64,000 nucleotides of DNA from an uncultured Candidatus Melainabacteria bacterium (lineage in GTDB: Bacteria; Cyanobacteriota; Vampirovibrionia; Gastranaerophilales; Gastranaerophilaceae), in NCBI GenBank assembly GCA_947090755.1, contig CAMUPF010000008.1:3901-67900 (forward strand), written 5' to 3'. Position 1 is the first letter of the stretch, and each line of letters begins with the position of its first letter. A model generated the notes under the pieces. The model was not told the origin of the DNA and did not search any database. It saw only the letters and a list, made by a program, of their open reading frames with translations. Below, piece after piece: positions 38,355 through 47,207 of the stretch. Both the position numbers and the translations under genes were made by a program.

Positions 38355-40157
38355 TTATTCAGCGTCCTTTCCTTTAGGCGGTGTTAAAATTATCATTTCA
38401 CAGTTTTGGCAGTCAAACTTTAGGGGAAATTTTATACCTTTTTCATCCTCAAGGAAAAGGTTAACCGGTTTTTGACATAATCCGTGTGCAAATTTAAGGC
38501 AGTGCTTTGTCTTCATAAGTTCAACCTGACGCTGTGGTTGTTCTTTTTCAAACGCCGGCTCTGTGATTTCGCAATAGTGGTCAAAATAGAATTTCTTCGC
38601 GCTGTCGTTTAGAACATTTGCTCTATAGTCCATTTCCTGTACAGGGAATATTGTTTCTTTTAACGGCCGCTGGATTTTTCGCGGGTAATTTTTTAGGCGT
38701 TCCTGCATAAGAGCGTCGAGAGCGTTGCGGCGAAATTCATTTATTATTGAAACCGGCAGGAAAGGCAGGTTACAATTGATATAAAGGTGTTCAATTTCAA
38801 AATCCGATTCGCCGGTCTTTTTAAACTGGTTGAGGAATGTTTCATTAGCCCGCTGCTGGTTTTTAGGCTCTTCACCCTGTGGGAGCGTAATTTTAATGCG
38901 ATTTTCGTCTTCGTCGGTGAGCGTAAGGCCTTCAGAAGTAATTTCGGCATTAACCCTGATTTTGCGCTGGAATCTGGCGGATTCGATTTCTTTTTCGTAT
39001 GCGGAATCTAAATTACGGAAGATTGTGTCACCGGTTTTTATTGCCGGCATGCGGTTCGGGAAGATTTTACGGCCGGCAGTTTTGTTTACCATAAAACCGT
39101 TCAATTCTTCGCGCATAAAGCATAAGCCGTCCTGCGGGTTTAAAGTTACAGCAGTGTCCAATTCAAAATAATCTTTGCCAACAAATTTCACTTTGCCCAG
39201 TTTTTCACCGATTGATTTCGGTGTATTGAAGTTGTAGCATTCGTGGCGTTTTTGAAGAAAATAATCCGTAAATCCGCGGTTGAAACTTTTTTCTAAAACA
39301 GGCGTGAAATCGGTTTTGACTATTCCGGAGGAGGTTTTGTGCGAATATTTGTCAAGTTCACTGCGGTAGTAACTTACGACTGTTTTGATGTAGGTTTCGT
39401 CTTTTAGCCTGCCTTCGATTTTGAAGGATTTTACACCGGCGTCACAAAGTTTTTTAAGATGTTTTGAGGCGTTGAAATCTTTTAACGACAAAAGGTGTTT
39501 GTTTCTGGCTAAATAATTGCCTTTTTCATCAACGAGTGAATATTTTTTGCGGCAAGGCTGTGCGCATTCGCCTCTGTTTGCGGAACGTCCGCCGATGTAT
39601 TGGCTTAAATAGCACTGGCCGCTGTAACTTACGCATAACGCACCATGGACAAAAACTTCTATTTCAGTGTTTTTGAGTGTTTTTGTGATTTGCTCTATTT
39701 GTTCAAGCGATAGTTCGCGTGCAAGAATTATTCGTTTAAGCCCCAGTTCTTTGAAAAAGTTGACTTTTTCAATGTCCCTGTTGTTGCACTGTGTGCTGGC
39801 ATGAAGCGGTATTGGCGGTAATTCGCCGTTTTTTGCAAGTTCCAGAATTCCGAAATCCTGCACAATTATTGCGTCAACACCAATTTCGTAGAGTTTGTGG
39901 ATAAGTTCTTTTGCCTGTAAAAGTTCTTCATCCGTGAGAATTGTATTTAAGGTTACAAAAACTTTTACGTAAAATCTATGTGCATAATCAACTATTTCTC
40001 TGATATCTTCAAGCGAATTGGGCGCGTTTTTTCTGGCGCCAAAGTTTGCCGCGCCGATATAAATCGCGTCAGCACCGCAATTGATGGCGGTGAAGGCGGT
40101 TTGTTTATTTTTTGCCGGTGCAAGAAGTTCTGTTTTCATAGGGTAAATATAACTCAA
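38355..40157 (-). CDS. peptidase U32 family protein
   Basis: EVFVHGALCVSYSGQCYLSQYIGGRSANRGECAQPCR is the U32 signature. 600 aa. Confidence 0.9.
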   Translation of the reverse strand: MSYIYPMKTELLAPAKNKQTAFTAINCGADAIYIGAANFGARKNAPNSLEDIREIVDYAHRFYVKVFVTLNTILTDEELLQAKELIHKLYEIGVDAIIVQDFGILELAKNGELPPIPLHASTQCNNRDIEKVNFFKELGLKRIILARELSLEQIEQITKTLKNTEIEVFVHGALCVSYSGQCYLSQYIGGRSANRGECAQPCRKKYSLVDEKGNYLARNKHLLSLKDFNASKHLKKLCDAGVKSFKIEGRLKDETYIKTVVSYYRSELDKYSHKTSSGIVKTDFTPVLEKSFNRGFTDYFLQKRHECYNFNTPKSIGEKLGKVKFVGKDYFELDTAVTLNPQDGLCFMREELNGFMVNKTAGRKIFPNRMPAIKTGDTIFRNLDSAYEKEIESARFQRKIRVNAEITSEGLTLTDEDENRIKITLPQGEEPKNQQRANETFLNQFKKTGESDFEIEHLYINCNLPFLPVSIINEFRRNALDALMQERLKNYPRKIQRPLKETIFPVQEMDYRANVLNDSAKKFYFDHYCEITEPAFEKEQPQRQVELMKTKHCLKFAHGLCQKPVNLFLEDEKGIKFPLKFDCQNCEMIILTPPKGKDAE

Positions 40158-40202
40158 TCTTGTGTAATAATCAATATTGTGTTATGTTATACAGTGAAAT
40201 AT

Positions 40203-40276
40203 GTGCTTGTAGCTCAGCCGAATAGAGCGTTGGTCTCCGAAGCCAAAGGTCACGGGTTTGAATCCCGTCAGGCACA
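40203..40276 (+). tRNA. tRNA-Arg (anticodon CCG)
   Basis: Acceptor GTGCTTG/CAGGCAC, anticodon arm TTGGT-CTCCGAA-GCCAA, T arm ACGGG-TTTGAAT-CCCGT. Confidence 0.85.
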
Positions 40277-40282
40277 ATTTAA

Positions 40283-40356
40283 GGGCTCGTAGCTCAGTAG
40301 GATAGAGCAACGGTTTCCTAAACCGGAGATCGCGAGTTCGACTCTCGCCGGGCCCA
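40283..40356 (+). tRNA. tRNA-Arg (anticodon CCT)
   Basis: Acceptor GGGCTCG/CGGGCCC, anticodon loop TTCCTAA, T arm GCGAG-TTCGACT-CTCGC. Confidence 0.8.
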
Positions 40357-40363
40357 TTCTCTA

Positions 40364-40392
40364 TTGACCCGTTAGCCAATAAGTGGTATAAT
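40364..40392 (+). promoter_or_regulatory. consensus sigma70 promoter of pilin paralog 3
   Basis: TTGACC 40364-40369, 17-nt spacer, TATAAT 40387-40392. Confidence 0.65.
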
Positions 40393-40430
40393 AAAAACGG
40401 TATTATTTATAACGAGGGTATATTAAAAAG

Positions 40431-41408
40431 ATGAAAAGATTTTTTACGGTGAAATCTGCCGCTTTTACTATGGCCGAAATTCTGTTGTCTTTGACAATCA
40501 TCGGTGTTGTTGCGGCGATTACGTTACCGTCTTTGACCGGTAACATTAACGAACGAACATGGGCGACTCAAAAGAAAGCGCTTTATGCACGTATGTCACA
40601 GGCAATTCCGTTGCTTGATTCTATGAATACTTATGATGACGCCGAGTCTTTCATAGCAGGCGCATTGAATAAAGTTACTAAAATCAATAACGTTTGCGCG
40701 CAAGACCATTTGGAAGATTGCGGTATTAACAAAGATTTGTTAGGAAGACTTGCTGACGGTACGACAACTTCTTTCCCTGAAACCTGGTCTGCTTTAGGTA
40801 TTGATAAGCAATTCTCTTATGCTTCAGCAGCGGATGATACGGCAGAAGCAACTTCAAACAAAAAATTGAGTGCTAATCAGGCAATGGTTGCAGCATTTGA
40901 AACCGGAAACGGTGAATCAATTGTTCTTTATTACAACCCTGATTGTACTGCCGATCAGGAACAGGCGCCAAATGCCATTGTCGACGGTTCCGGTACAAAC
41001 TACATAGACATGTTTGATCACGTATGTATCAATATGATTTATGACTTGAATTCAAACAAAGGACCAAACGCAGTTGGTAAAGATATTGGATTTATGACTG
41101 TATTCTATCCTTCAGACGCAACGGTTGTTTCTCCGGTTCCTTACGTTCAGTCATCAAGCTCTGCGACTTGTGACAGCGAATACAGATTGCCTAACAGATT
41201 CGAAGCTGCGGCATTCGCTCTTAACTCTACTTTAATCAGCGCTACGGCAGAAGGCCCGTATTTAACATCAACTAAGGCGTCAACCGGTAATGATACTTAT
41301 GTTTATATTCAAGATAAAAATTCAAGCGGTGAAATCAAAGCTTATACTAAAAAGATAACCGACGGCGCCTCTGCAGGTGTTTCATTCTCCAGATGCGTAA
41401 AACGTTAG
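40431..41408 (+). CDS. type IV pilin-like (prepilin) protein with DUF1566/Lcl-like C-terminal domain, paralog 3 (no homopolymer tract)
   Basis: MKRFFTVKSAA/FTMAEILLSLTIIGVVAAITLPSLTGNINERTW. C-terminal YRLPNRFEAAAF..SRCVKR. Confidence 0.8.
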   Translation: MKRFFTVKSAAFTMAEILLSLTIIGVVAAITLPSLTGNINERTWATQKKALYARMSQAIPLLDSMNTYDDAESFIAGALNKVTKINNVCAQDHLEDCGINKDLLGRLADGTTTSFPETWSALGIDKQFSYASAADDTAEATSNKKLSANQAMVAAFETGNGESIVLYYNPDCTADQEQAPNAIVDGSGTNYIDMFDHVCINMIYDLNSNKGPNAVGKDIGFMTVFYPSDATVVSPVPYVQSSSSATCDSEYRLPNRFEAAAFALNSTLISATAEGPYLTSTKASTGNDTYVYIQDKNSSGEIKAYTKKITDGASAGVSFSRCVKR

Positions 41409-41434
41409 TATTTATCTCAAACACATCTAACAAG

Positions 41435-41464
41435 AAAAGCTGTCACTTTATGTGGCGGCTTTTC
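41435..41464 (+). terminator. intrinsic terminator
   Basis: agctgtcac-ttta(t)-gtggcggct stem with G-U pairs, followed by ttt. Confidence 0.55.
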
Positions 41465-41512
41465 TATTTACAAATATAATTTAATGGTGTAAAATTTTAA
41501 CAGAGGAAGATT

Positions 41513-43237
41513 ATGGTAAAAGCGTGCGAGAAAAATAAAAAGGATATTTTGAGAATTATCTCATTGTTAACTGATAGAGAGGCGGCAGAAGCACTCGTCG
41601 CGATTAAGAATCTTTCTGACGATTTGCACGCGCACAATTGCAGTGAATTGAACTCTGAATGTATGAGTTTGCTGGGGTTCGCAAATTATCTTGCCGATAA
41701 AAATAATTTTAAATCTTCACTTGAAACCATAAATGAAGCGGCGTTTCTGGCCTCTTATAACAAGAATCTTTCCGCAAAACTGCTTAATGAATTTGTCCTT
41801 GGAGAGTTGAATTTTGCTGAAGGTGAAGCAAAAGTTGCACTAAAACATTATCAAAACGCTAAAGAGCTTTCATCAGAAAAAAATATTGAATACGATATCA
41901 CAGATATGCTTACGATTCGAATGAGCCAGATTAATAACGGATTGGATTTTTCACACCCCGTAAAGGCTGATCCGCTTGTTTCACTGGTTAAAATCGGCCG
42001 TTCAATTACCGCGCTTACTGATATTAAGGTGCTTTTAAAGGTTATAGCGGAAGAAACAAAAAATGCTATTCAGGCCGACAGATGTACTGTTTTTTTGTGG
42101 GATAAAGAAACCGATGAACTCTGGTCAATGGTGGCGCTGGGAATGGACAGCGAAGAAATTCGTTTCCCTGCAAGTAAAGGTCTGGCGGGGTTTGTTGCGA
42201 AAACCGGCGAAAGTGTAAATATTAAAGACGCCTATAACGATTCCCGTTTTAACCCTGAAGTGGATTTGAAAACGGGCTATAAGACAAATACGATTTTATG
42301 CCTTCCGATTAAGAATAATAATCAGGAAATAATCGGGGTTTTTCAGGTTTTAAACAAATTAAAGGGAACATTTACAAAAAGCGATGAGGATTTGCTGGTT
42401 GCAATCGGAGGCAGTGCGAGTATTGCTCTTGAAAATGCCCAATTATTTGCGCAGCAAGAACAGCTTTATAAAGAACAAAAAGAACTTTTTGAAAGTTTTA
42501 TTGATACGCTTGCGGCTTCTGTCGATGCTCGTGACAAGATTACGGCCGGTCATTCTTTGCGGGTAAAATTATATTCAGTTTTAATTGCGCGTAAGATGGA
42601 ATTGCCTGAAAAAGACATCGCCTTGATTGAAAAAGCGGCGATTCTACATGATATCGGCAAAATCGGAATTATGGATTCTGTCCTTCAAAAAGAAGGCAAG
42701 CTTACACCTGAGGAATATGCACATATTCAGGAACACGCCAGAATTACGCATGATATCTTAGATAAAATTCACATGTCAAAAGATTTTAAGGTTATCACTG
42801 AAATTGCTTGTTCCCACCATGAAAAATATAACGGTGCAGGCTATTATCGGGGCTTAAAGGGTGAAGAGATTCATTTAGGCGGAAGAATACTTGCTGTTGC
42901 GGATGTGTTCGATGCTATAACGTCTAAGCGTCATTATCGTGACAGAATGCCGATTTTTAACGTTATTAATATCCTTCTAAAGGATTCCGGAACACATTTT
43001 GATAAAGCGATTGTCGATGTGTTTATGTCCGTGCCTTTACTTGGGTTGATTCAGGTGTTTTTGAGCGAAAACCCTGAAAAAATGCTTGCGGCAAAAGACG
43101 TAAAAGTTCTTGCTGAAAACAATCTTGCGGATTTGTATGAAGCCGGAAATTGCGAAAAACAGACGACAAAACAGAAAAAATTGATTGAAGTTTTTGAAAG
43201 CTATTATGCATGCAAAAATGGAGCGGGTGCTGAATAA
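41513..43237 (+). CDS. GAF-domain HD-GYP-type phosphohydrolase (putative c-di-GMP phosphodiesterase)
   Basis: GAF region, then HDIGKIG and HHEKYNGAGYYRGLKG. The GYP motif reads GYY here. Confidence 0.8.
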   Translation: MVKACEKNKKDILRIISLLTDREAAEALVAIKNLSDDLHAHNCSELNSECMSLLGFANYLADKNNFKSSLETINEAAFLASYNKNLSAKLLNEFVLGELNFAEGEAKVALKHYQNAKELSSEKNIEYDITDMLTIRMSQINNGLDFSHPVKADPLVSLVKIGRSITALTDIKVLLKVIAEETKNAIQADRCTVFLWDKETDELWSMVALGMDSEEIRFPASKGLAGFVAKTGESVNIKDAYNDSRFNPEVDLKTGYKTNTILCLPIKNNNQEIIGVFQVLNKLKGTFTKSDEDLLVAIGGSASIALENAQLFAQQEQLYKEQKELFESFIDTLAASVDARDKITAGHSLRVKLYSVLIARKMELPEKDIALIEKAAILHDIGKIGIMDSVLQKEGKLTPEEYAHIQEHARITHDILDKIHMSKDFKVITEIACSHHEKYNGAGYYRGLKGEEIHLGGRILAVADVFDAITSKRHYRDRMPIFNVINILLKDSGTHFDKAIVDVFMSVPLLGLIQVFLSENPEKMLAAKDVKVLAENNLADLYEAGNCEKQTTKQKKLIEVFESYYACKNGAGAE

Positions 43238-43240
43238 AAG

Positions 43241-44743
43241 ATGAAGAAAATTTTCCTTACAAGTTTAATATTATTGACGGCGGCCCCTGTAATGTCTGAG
43301 GATTTGTATTCGCAGCTGCAGCTGGTAGACCCTGTTATGCAAAATGTTCTGAATTTGTCGCAGGATGCCCCAAAGAAAGTAGCAATCAGTTATGACAGCC
43401 CTTTTGCTCTGTATAATATTGCGTTTGAACGGTTTAAAAACTGCAATATTAAGCCGGCTTATGACGACTTTAAAAACCTTTTTGAAAATGCAAATGCCAG
43501 TGATTATTTCTACATGAAAATGGCTGAAGAAATGGCTAAAATAGGGTTTTATTCACTTTCAGACCTTGCAATGAGTAAGATTAAAGAAAAAGATATTGCT
43601 AATATTGTTGTCGAAGACATCAGGCATTATTATTTTCCGGCGCAGCAAATGCGCCAGAAAAAAGAATTATATCTGGCAGAACTTTATTCGAATATTGTTT
43701 ATAACGAACAAACAAGTGAGGTTATTACAGAACTCAATCAGGCTGACGATTCTTTAGACGGCATAGATTATGCGAATTATCTTCTGGCGTTTGCCTTTGT
43801 CCAGAACAATGATTTTGAAAAAGCTAAAACCTTTATTGATAAGGCCGTGTATTTGAATCCTGACAACCTGAATTATCAGGCGTTGCAGGTCGAGATTCTT
43901 GCTGAAACAAATCAGCCTAAAGACGCGTTAAAGATAATTAATAAACTCAAAAAACAGCAGATTTATTCTATAACCTTTACAAATAAAATAAATTCTCTGG
44001 AACAATACGTTCAATACAAACTTGCGAAAAAAGATTCTGTAAAGGCGTATCATTTAGGCTACTATTACTACTGGGAAAAGGCTTACGAAAAAGCAATAAG
44101 AACGCTTTCTGCAATTGAAAAGAAAAATAAAGACGTAAATGCGCTTCTTTCACGAATTTACTATGATACGCAGGATTTTGACAAAGCCTTTGGGTTTGCG
44201 TCAAAAGCGAAATCTTCCGCCCTTGCAAATGAGGTTCTGGGCGATTATTATACCGATAAAAAAGAGTTTAATCTTGCTCTGAAATGCTATTCAAAAGCGT
44301 GCTCTTTAGATAAGAAACAATTAAAATACCGCGAGAAATTGGCTCAGGCTTACCTTGCTCTGGGGAATACCGGTAAGGCCAAAAATCTTTTTGAAGATGT
44401 GATTATGAATTCAAGTAATGCGTATCTGTCATATTATAATCTGGCGCAGATTGACAGCACAAAAGAAATGGCATATTTGCGCAAAAGTGTTGCTATAAAT
44501 ATGATGTTTTCTGACGGCTGGCTTTCGCTTGCAAATAGCGAGTTGAAAAAAGAAAACCTTGACAGTGCTGGCAAGTATTTGAAAATTGTAAAATCTATTG
44601 ACGAAAATAATTTTAAATATTATTATTATCTGGGGTTATTATGTAACAAACAGGGGCAAAAGCGTGATGCAGAACAGAATTTCCAAAAAGCTCTTCTGTT
44701 AAACCCTGATTTTGAACCGGCAAAAGAGGCGTTGAGTATATGA
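43241..44743 (+). CDS. secreted tetratricopeptide-repeat protein
   Basis: Signal peptide MKKIFLTSLILLTAAPVMS. Multiple TPR-like A..Y...G....A repeats. Confidence 0.7.
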   Translation: MKKIFLTSLILLTAAPVMSEDLYSQLQLVDPVMQNVLNLSQDAPKKVAISYDSPFALYNIAFERFKNCNIKPAYDDFKNLFENANASDYFYMKMAEEMAKIGFYSLSDLAMSKIKEKDIANIVVEDIRHYYFPAQQMRQKKELYLAELYSNIVYNEQTSEVITELNQADDSLDGIDYANYLLAFAFVQNNDFEKAKTFIDKAVYLNPDNLNYQALQVEILAETNQPKDALKIINKLKKQQIYSITFTNKINSLEQYVQYKLAKKDSVKAYHLGYYYYWEKAYEKAIRTLSAIEKKNKDVNALLSRIYYDTQDFDKAFGFASKAKSSALANEVLGDYYTDKKEFNLALKCYSKACSLDKKQLKYREKLAQAYLALGNTGKAKNLFEDVIMNSSNAYLSYYNLAQIDSTKEMAYLRKSVAINMMFSDGWLSLANSELKKENLDSAGKYLKIVKSIDENNFKYYYYLGLLCNKQGQKRDAEQNFQKALLLNPDFEPAKEALSI

Positions 44744-45393
44744 AATTAAATATTTTAATTGTTGAGGATCACGAATTAACACGTTTTGGTCTGAAAACTA
44801 CATTTGAAGGCGTAGATTATGTTAATACAATTTTCGAGGCCGAATCCGCTGAAAAAGCATTAGAAATTTTTGATTCAAATCAGATTGACGTGATTATTAT
44901 GGATTTAGGGCTTCCCGGCATGAACGGAATCGAGGCGACTCAAAAAATTCGTTCACGTAAAAAAGACGTTAAGGTTATCATGTTAACCTCTCATAACGAT
45001 GAAAAAGAGGTCATAAGCAGTCTGAAAGCCGGTGCAAATGCCTACTGTTCCAAAGAAATTAATCCGCAAAGACTAATCAGTGTCGTTCAATCCGTTGCGG
45101 ATGGTGCGGCGTGGTTTGACCCGAGCATTGCGCACATCGTTTTAAAAGCTAGTTGTCAGGCGCAGGTTCAGGAGGACAATTCCGCTGAGAACGCTAAAAA
45201 ATACGACCTTACAGCCCGTGAATCTCAAATATTAAAACTAATGACAGAAGGCTACAGTAATATGGAAATTGCTCAAATTCTGGTCATAAGTATAAATACT
45301 ACAAAAGCCCATGTCGCAAATATTTTACAAAAATTAGAGGTTGACGATAGACTTCAGGCGGCCCTGAAAGCTTTAAAAAATAAAATAGTATAA
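44740..45393 (+). CDS. response regulator, NarL/LuxR family
   Basis: Receiver ILIVEDHELTR..IIMDLGLPGMNG. LuxR HTH LTARESQILKLMTEGYSNMEIAQIL. Confidence 0.9.
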   Translation: MKLNILIVEDHELTRFGLKTTFEGVDYVNTIFEAESAEKALEIFDSNQIDVIIMDLGLPGMNGIEATQKIRSRKKDVKVIMLTSHNDEKEVISSLKAGANAYCSKEINPQRLISVVQSVADGAAWFDPSIAHIVLKASCQAQVQEDNSAENAKKYDLTARESQILKLMTEGYSNMEIAQILVISINTTKAHVANILQKLEVDDRLQAALKALKNKIV

Positions 45394-45402
45394 TGTGGAA
45401 TT

Positions 45403-45987
45403 ATGACAAAAGTTTTACTTGTTGATGATAACTCAAAATACTTGAAAGACGCGCTTCCGTTTTACGGTTATGAAGTAACGTGTGCTTGTGATGGCGTTCA
45501 GGCATTAAAAACACTTGCAAAAAATTCTGATTTTGATATTATACTTTTAGATGTAATGATGCCGAATATGAACGGATGGGAAACCCTTCGTAATATCAGG
45601 CAGAATTCATTGACAGAACACTTGCCGGTAATAATGCTTACGGCCGTAAACGATGAGCAAAAAATGGTTCTGGGATTGAAAAATGGAGCCGATGATTATA
45701 TAGTAAAACCCTTTATGCTCCCGAATCTTTTGGCCAGAATGGAGGCGGTTCTCAGACGTTCTAAGCCGAAAAGCCCAAAGATACAAAATACAGCAGTAAA
45801 TAATTTGACAAATAAAGAAAAGGAAGTTCTGTCAATGCTTGCAAAAGGCGCAAGCAATAAGGAAATCGCCGATAAAATGGTTGTCAAAGAAGTTACTATT
45901 AAGACTCACTTAAATTCTATTTATAAAAAACTTAATGTAACAGGCAGAACACAGGCCATTTTACTCGCTGTAAATATGAAATTTTAA
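45403..45987 (+). CDS. response regulator with LuxR-type HTH output
   Basis: Receiver VLLVDDNSKYL..ILLDVMMPNMNG..DDYIVKPF. HTH LTNKEKEVLSMLAKGASNKEIADKM. Confidence 0.9.
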   Translation: MTKVLLVDDNSKYLKDALPFYGYEVTCACDGVQALKTLAKNSDFDIILLDVMMPNMNGWETLRNIRQNSLTEHLPVIMLTAVNDEQKMVLGLKNGADDYIVKPFMLPNLLARMEAVLRRSKPKSPKIQNTAVNNLTNKEKEVLSMLAKGASNKEIADKMVVKEVTIKTHLNSIYKKLNVTGRTQAILLAVNMKF

Positions 45988-46004
45988 AAGGAGAAATTAT
46001 AAAA

Positions 46005-46538
46005 ATGATAGATTATACAAGAGAAGAATTAGTTGAATTGCTAAGAAAGAATCCTGAAAGGTTTAACGAATGGAAACAACAGCAGGATGAAGAAATTAAT
46101 TTGAGTGAAATGGACTTTTCAGGTTTAAATCTGAATGAAATTGATTTCAGCGATGTTAATCTTAATTCAAGTTCGTTTGCGGATTGTAGTCTGTCATTAG
46201 TAAACTTTACCAATACTGATTTGACATCAGTTGATTTTACCCGTTCACATATTATAGAGTGCGATTTCTCCGAAAGTTTGATGACCGGAACCGATTGCAG
46301 TTATTCTGTCTTAAGTTATTGTAATTTTACAGATACTGATCTTGCGGGATGTATATTCTGCGAGGCGGATTTAAGCAATTCAGACTTTACTTCGTCGGTT
46401 AACCTTCATGCCTCAAGATTTGATGAAGATACTGTCTGGCCGGATCCTGAGTATTTGCCGGAAGATTTTGATGCTGTATACAGTAAAGACCTTTCTTCGC
46501 TTGAAGATGACGATGATACAGTTATTTCGGATTACTAA
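46005..46538 (+). CDS. pentapeptide-repeat protein
   Basis: Long run of A(D/N)LxX repeats (DFSGLNLNEIDFSDVNLNSSSFADCSLS...). Confidence 0.85.
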   Translation: MIDYTREELVELLRKNPERFNEWKQQQDEEINLSEMDFSGLNLNEIDFSDVNLNSSSFADCSLSLVNFTNTDLTSVDFTRSHIIECDFSESLMTGTDCSYSVLSYCNFTDTDLAGCIFCEADLSNSDFTSSVNLHASRFDEDTVWPDPEYLPEDFDAVYSKDLSSLEDDDDTVISDY

Positions 46539-46577
46539 GAAGTAGCAAATTTATTTTTTAGTGATTTTAAAACTGTT

Positions 46578-47117
46578 ATGAATGTTAGCAGGCCCGAAAA
46601 TTATTCATTGCAAAATTTTTGTGCGTTGCCAAAATGGCAAAGTATCGTTGACGACCGTCTTGTTCGAGGGCCGCGTGTATCTTGTCCGTGGCGGCTTTAT
46701 GAAATGAAGCAGGAAGGTATAAATCAGATTATTGATTTAAGAAATTGTTCTTATTTTAAACGCCCTATGGAAAAGTTTTTTTGTAAGCTTTTGGGAATAA
46801 AATATGTAAATTATCGCTATTCCCATAAAGACGTTAATTTGCCTTCCCATGATTTTTTTGTACGTGTTAATAATACAATTTTAGAGAATGACGGAAAAAC
46901 TTATATTCACTGTATGAAAGGGAAAAGACGCACAGGGATGTGTGTGGCTTTCTATGAAAAGTTTCATACAGAAAAAAGCGATGCCGAGATTGTAGGGAAT
47001 ATGCTTGATAAGGGCTTTCAGGATATTTATGGGCCATATAAATCTAAAAAGATTGTAAGAATGCGCAACATATATGGAAAATTTGTCGAAAAATATTTTC
47101 CGTCTGTTAAAAGTTGA
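46578..47117 (+). CDS. Cys-based protein tyrosine/dual-specificity phosphatase-like protein
   Basis: HCMKGKRRTG matches the HCx5R(S/T) P-loop. Confidence 0.7.
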   Translation: MNVSRPENYSLQNFCALPKWQSIVDDRLVRGPRVSCPWRLYEMKQEGINQIIDLRNCSYFKRPMEKFFCKLLGIKYVNYRYSHKDVNLPSHDFFVRVNNTILENDGKTYIHCMKGKRRTGMCVAFYEKFHTEKSDAEIVGNMLDKGFQDIYGPYKSKKIVRMRNIYGKFVEKYFPSVKS

Positions 47118-47207
47118 AATTTGTAACAAAATTATTAAGTATTTGTTATCGTGTCAGTAGTGGATTAAAATATTCTTAGGAGAGAGTGTCTTCTTGACAG
47201 GTGACAA

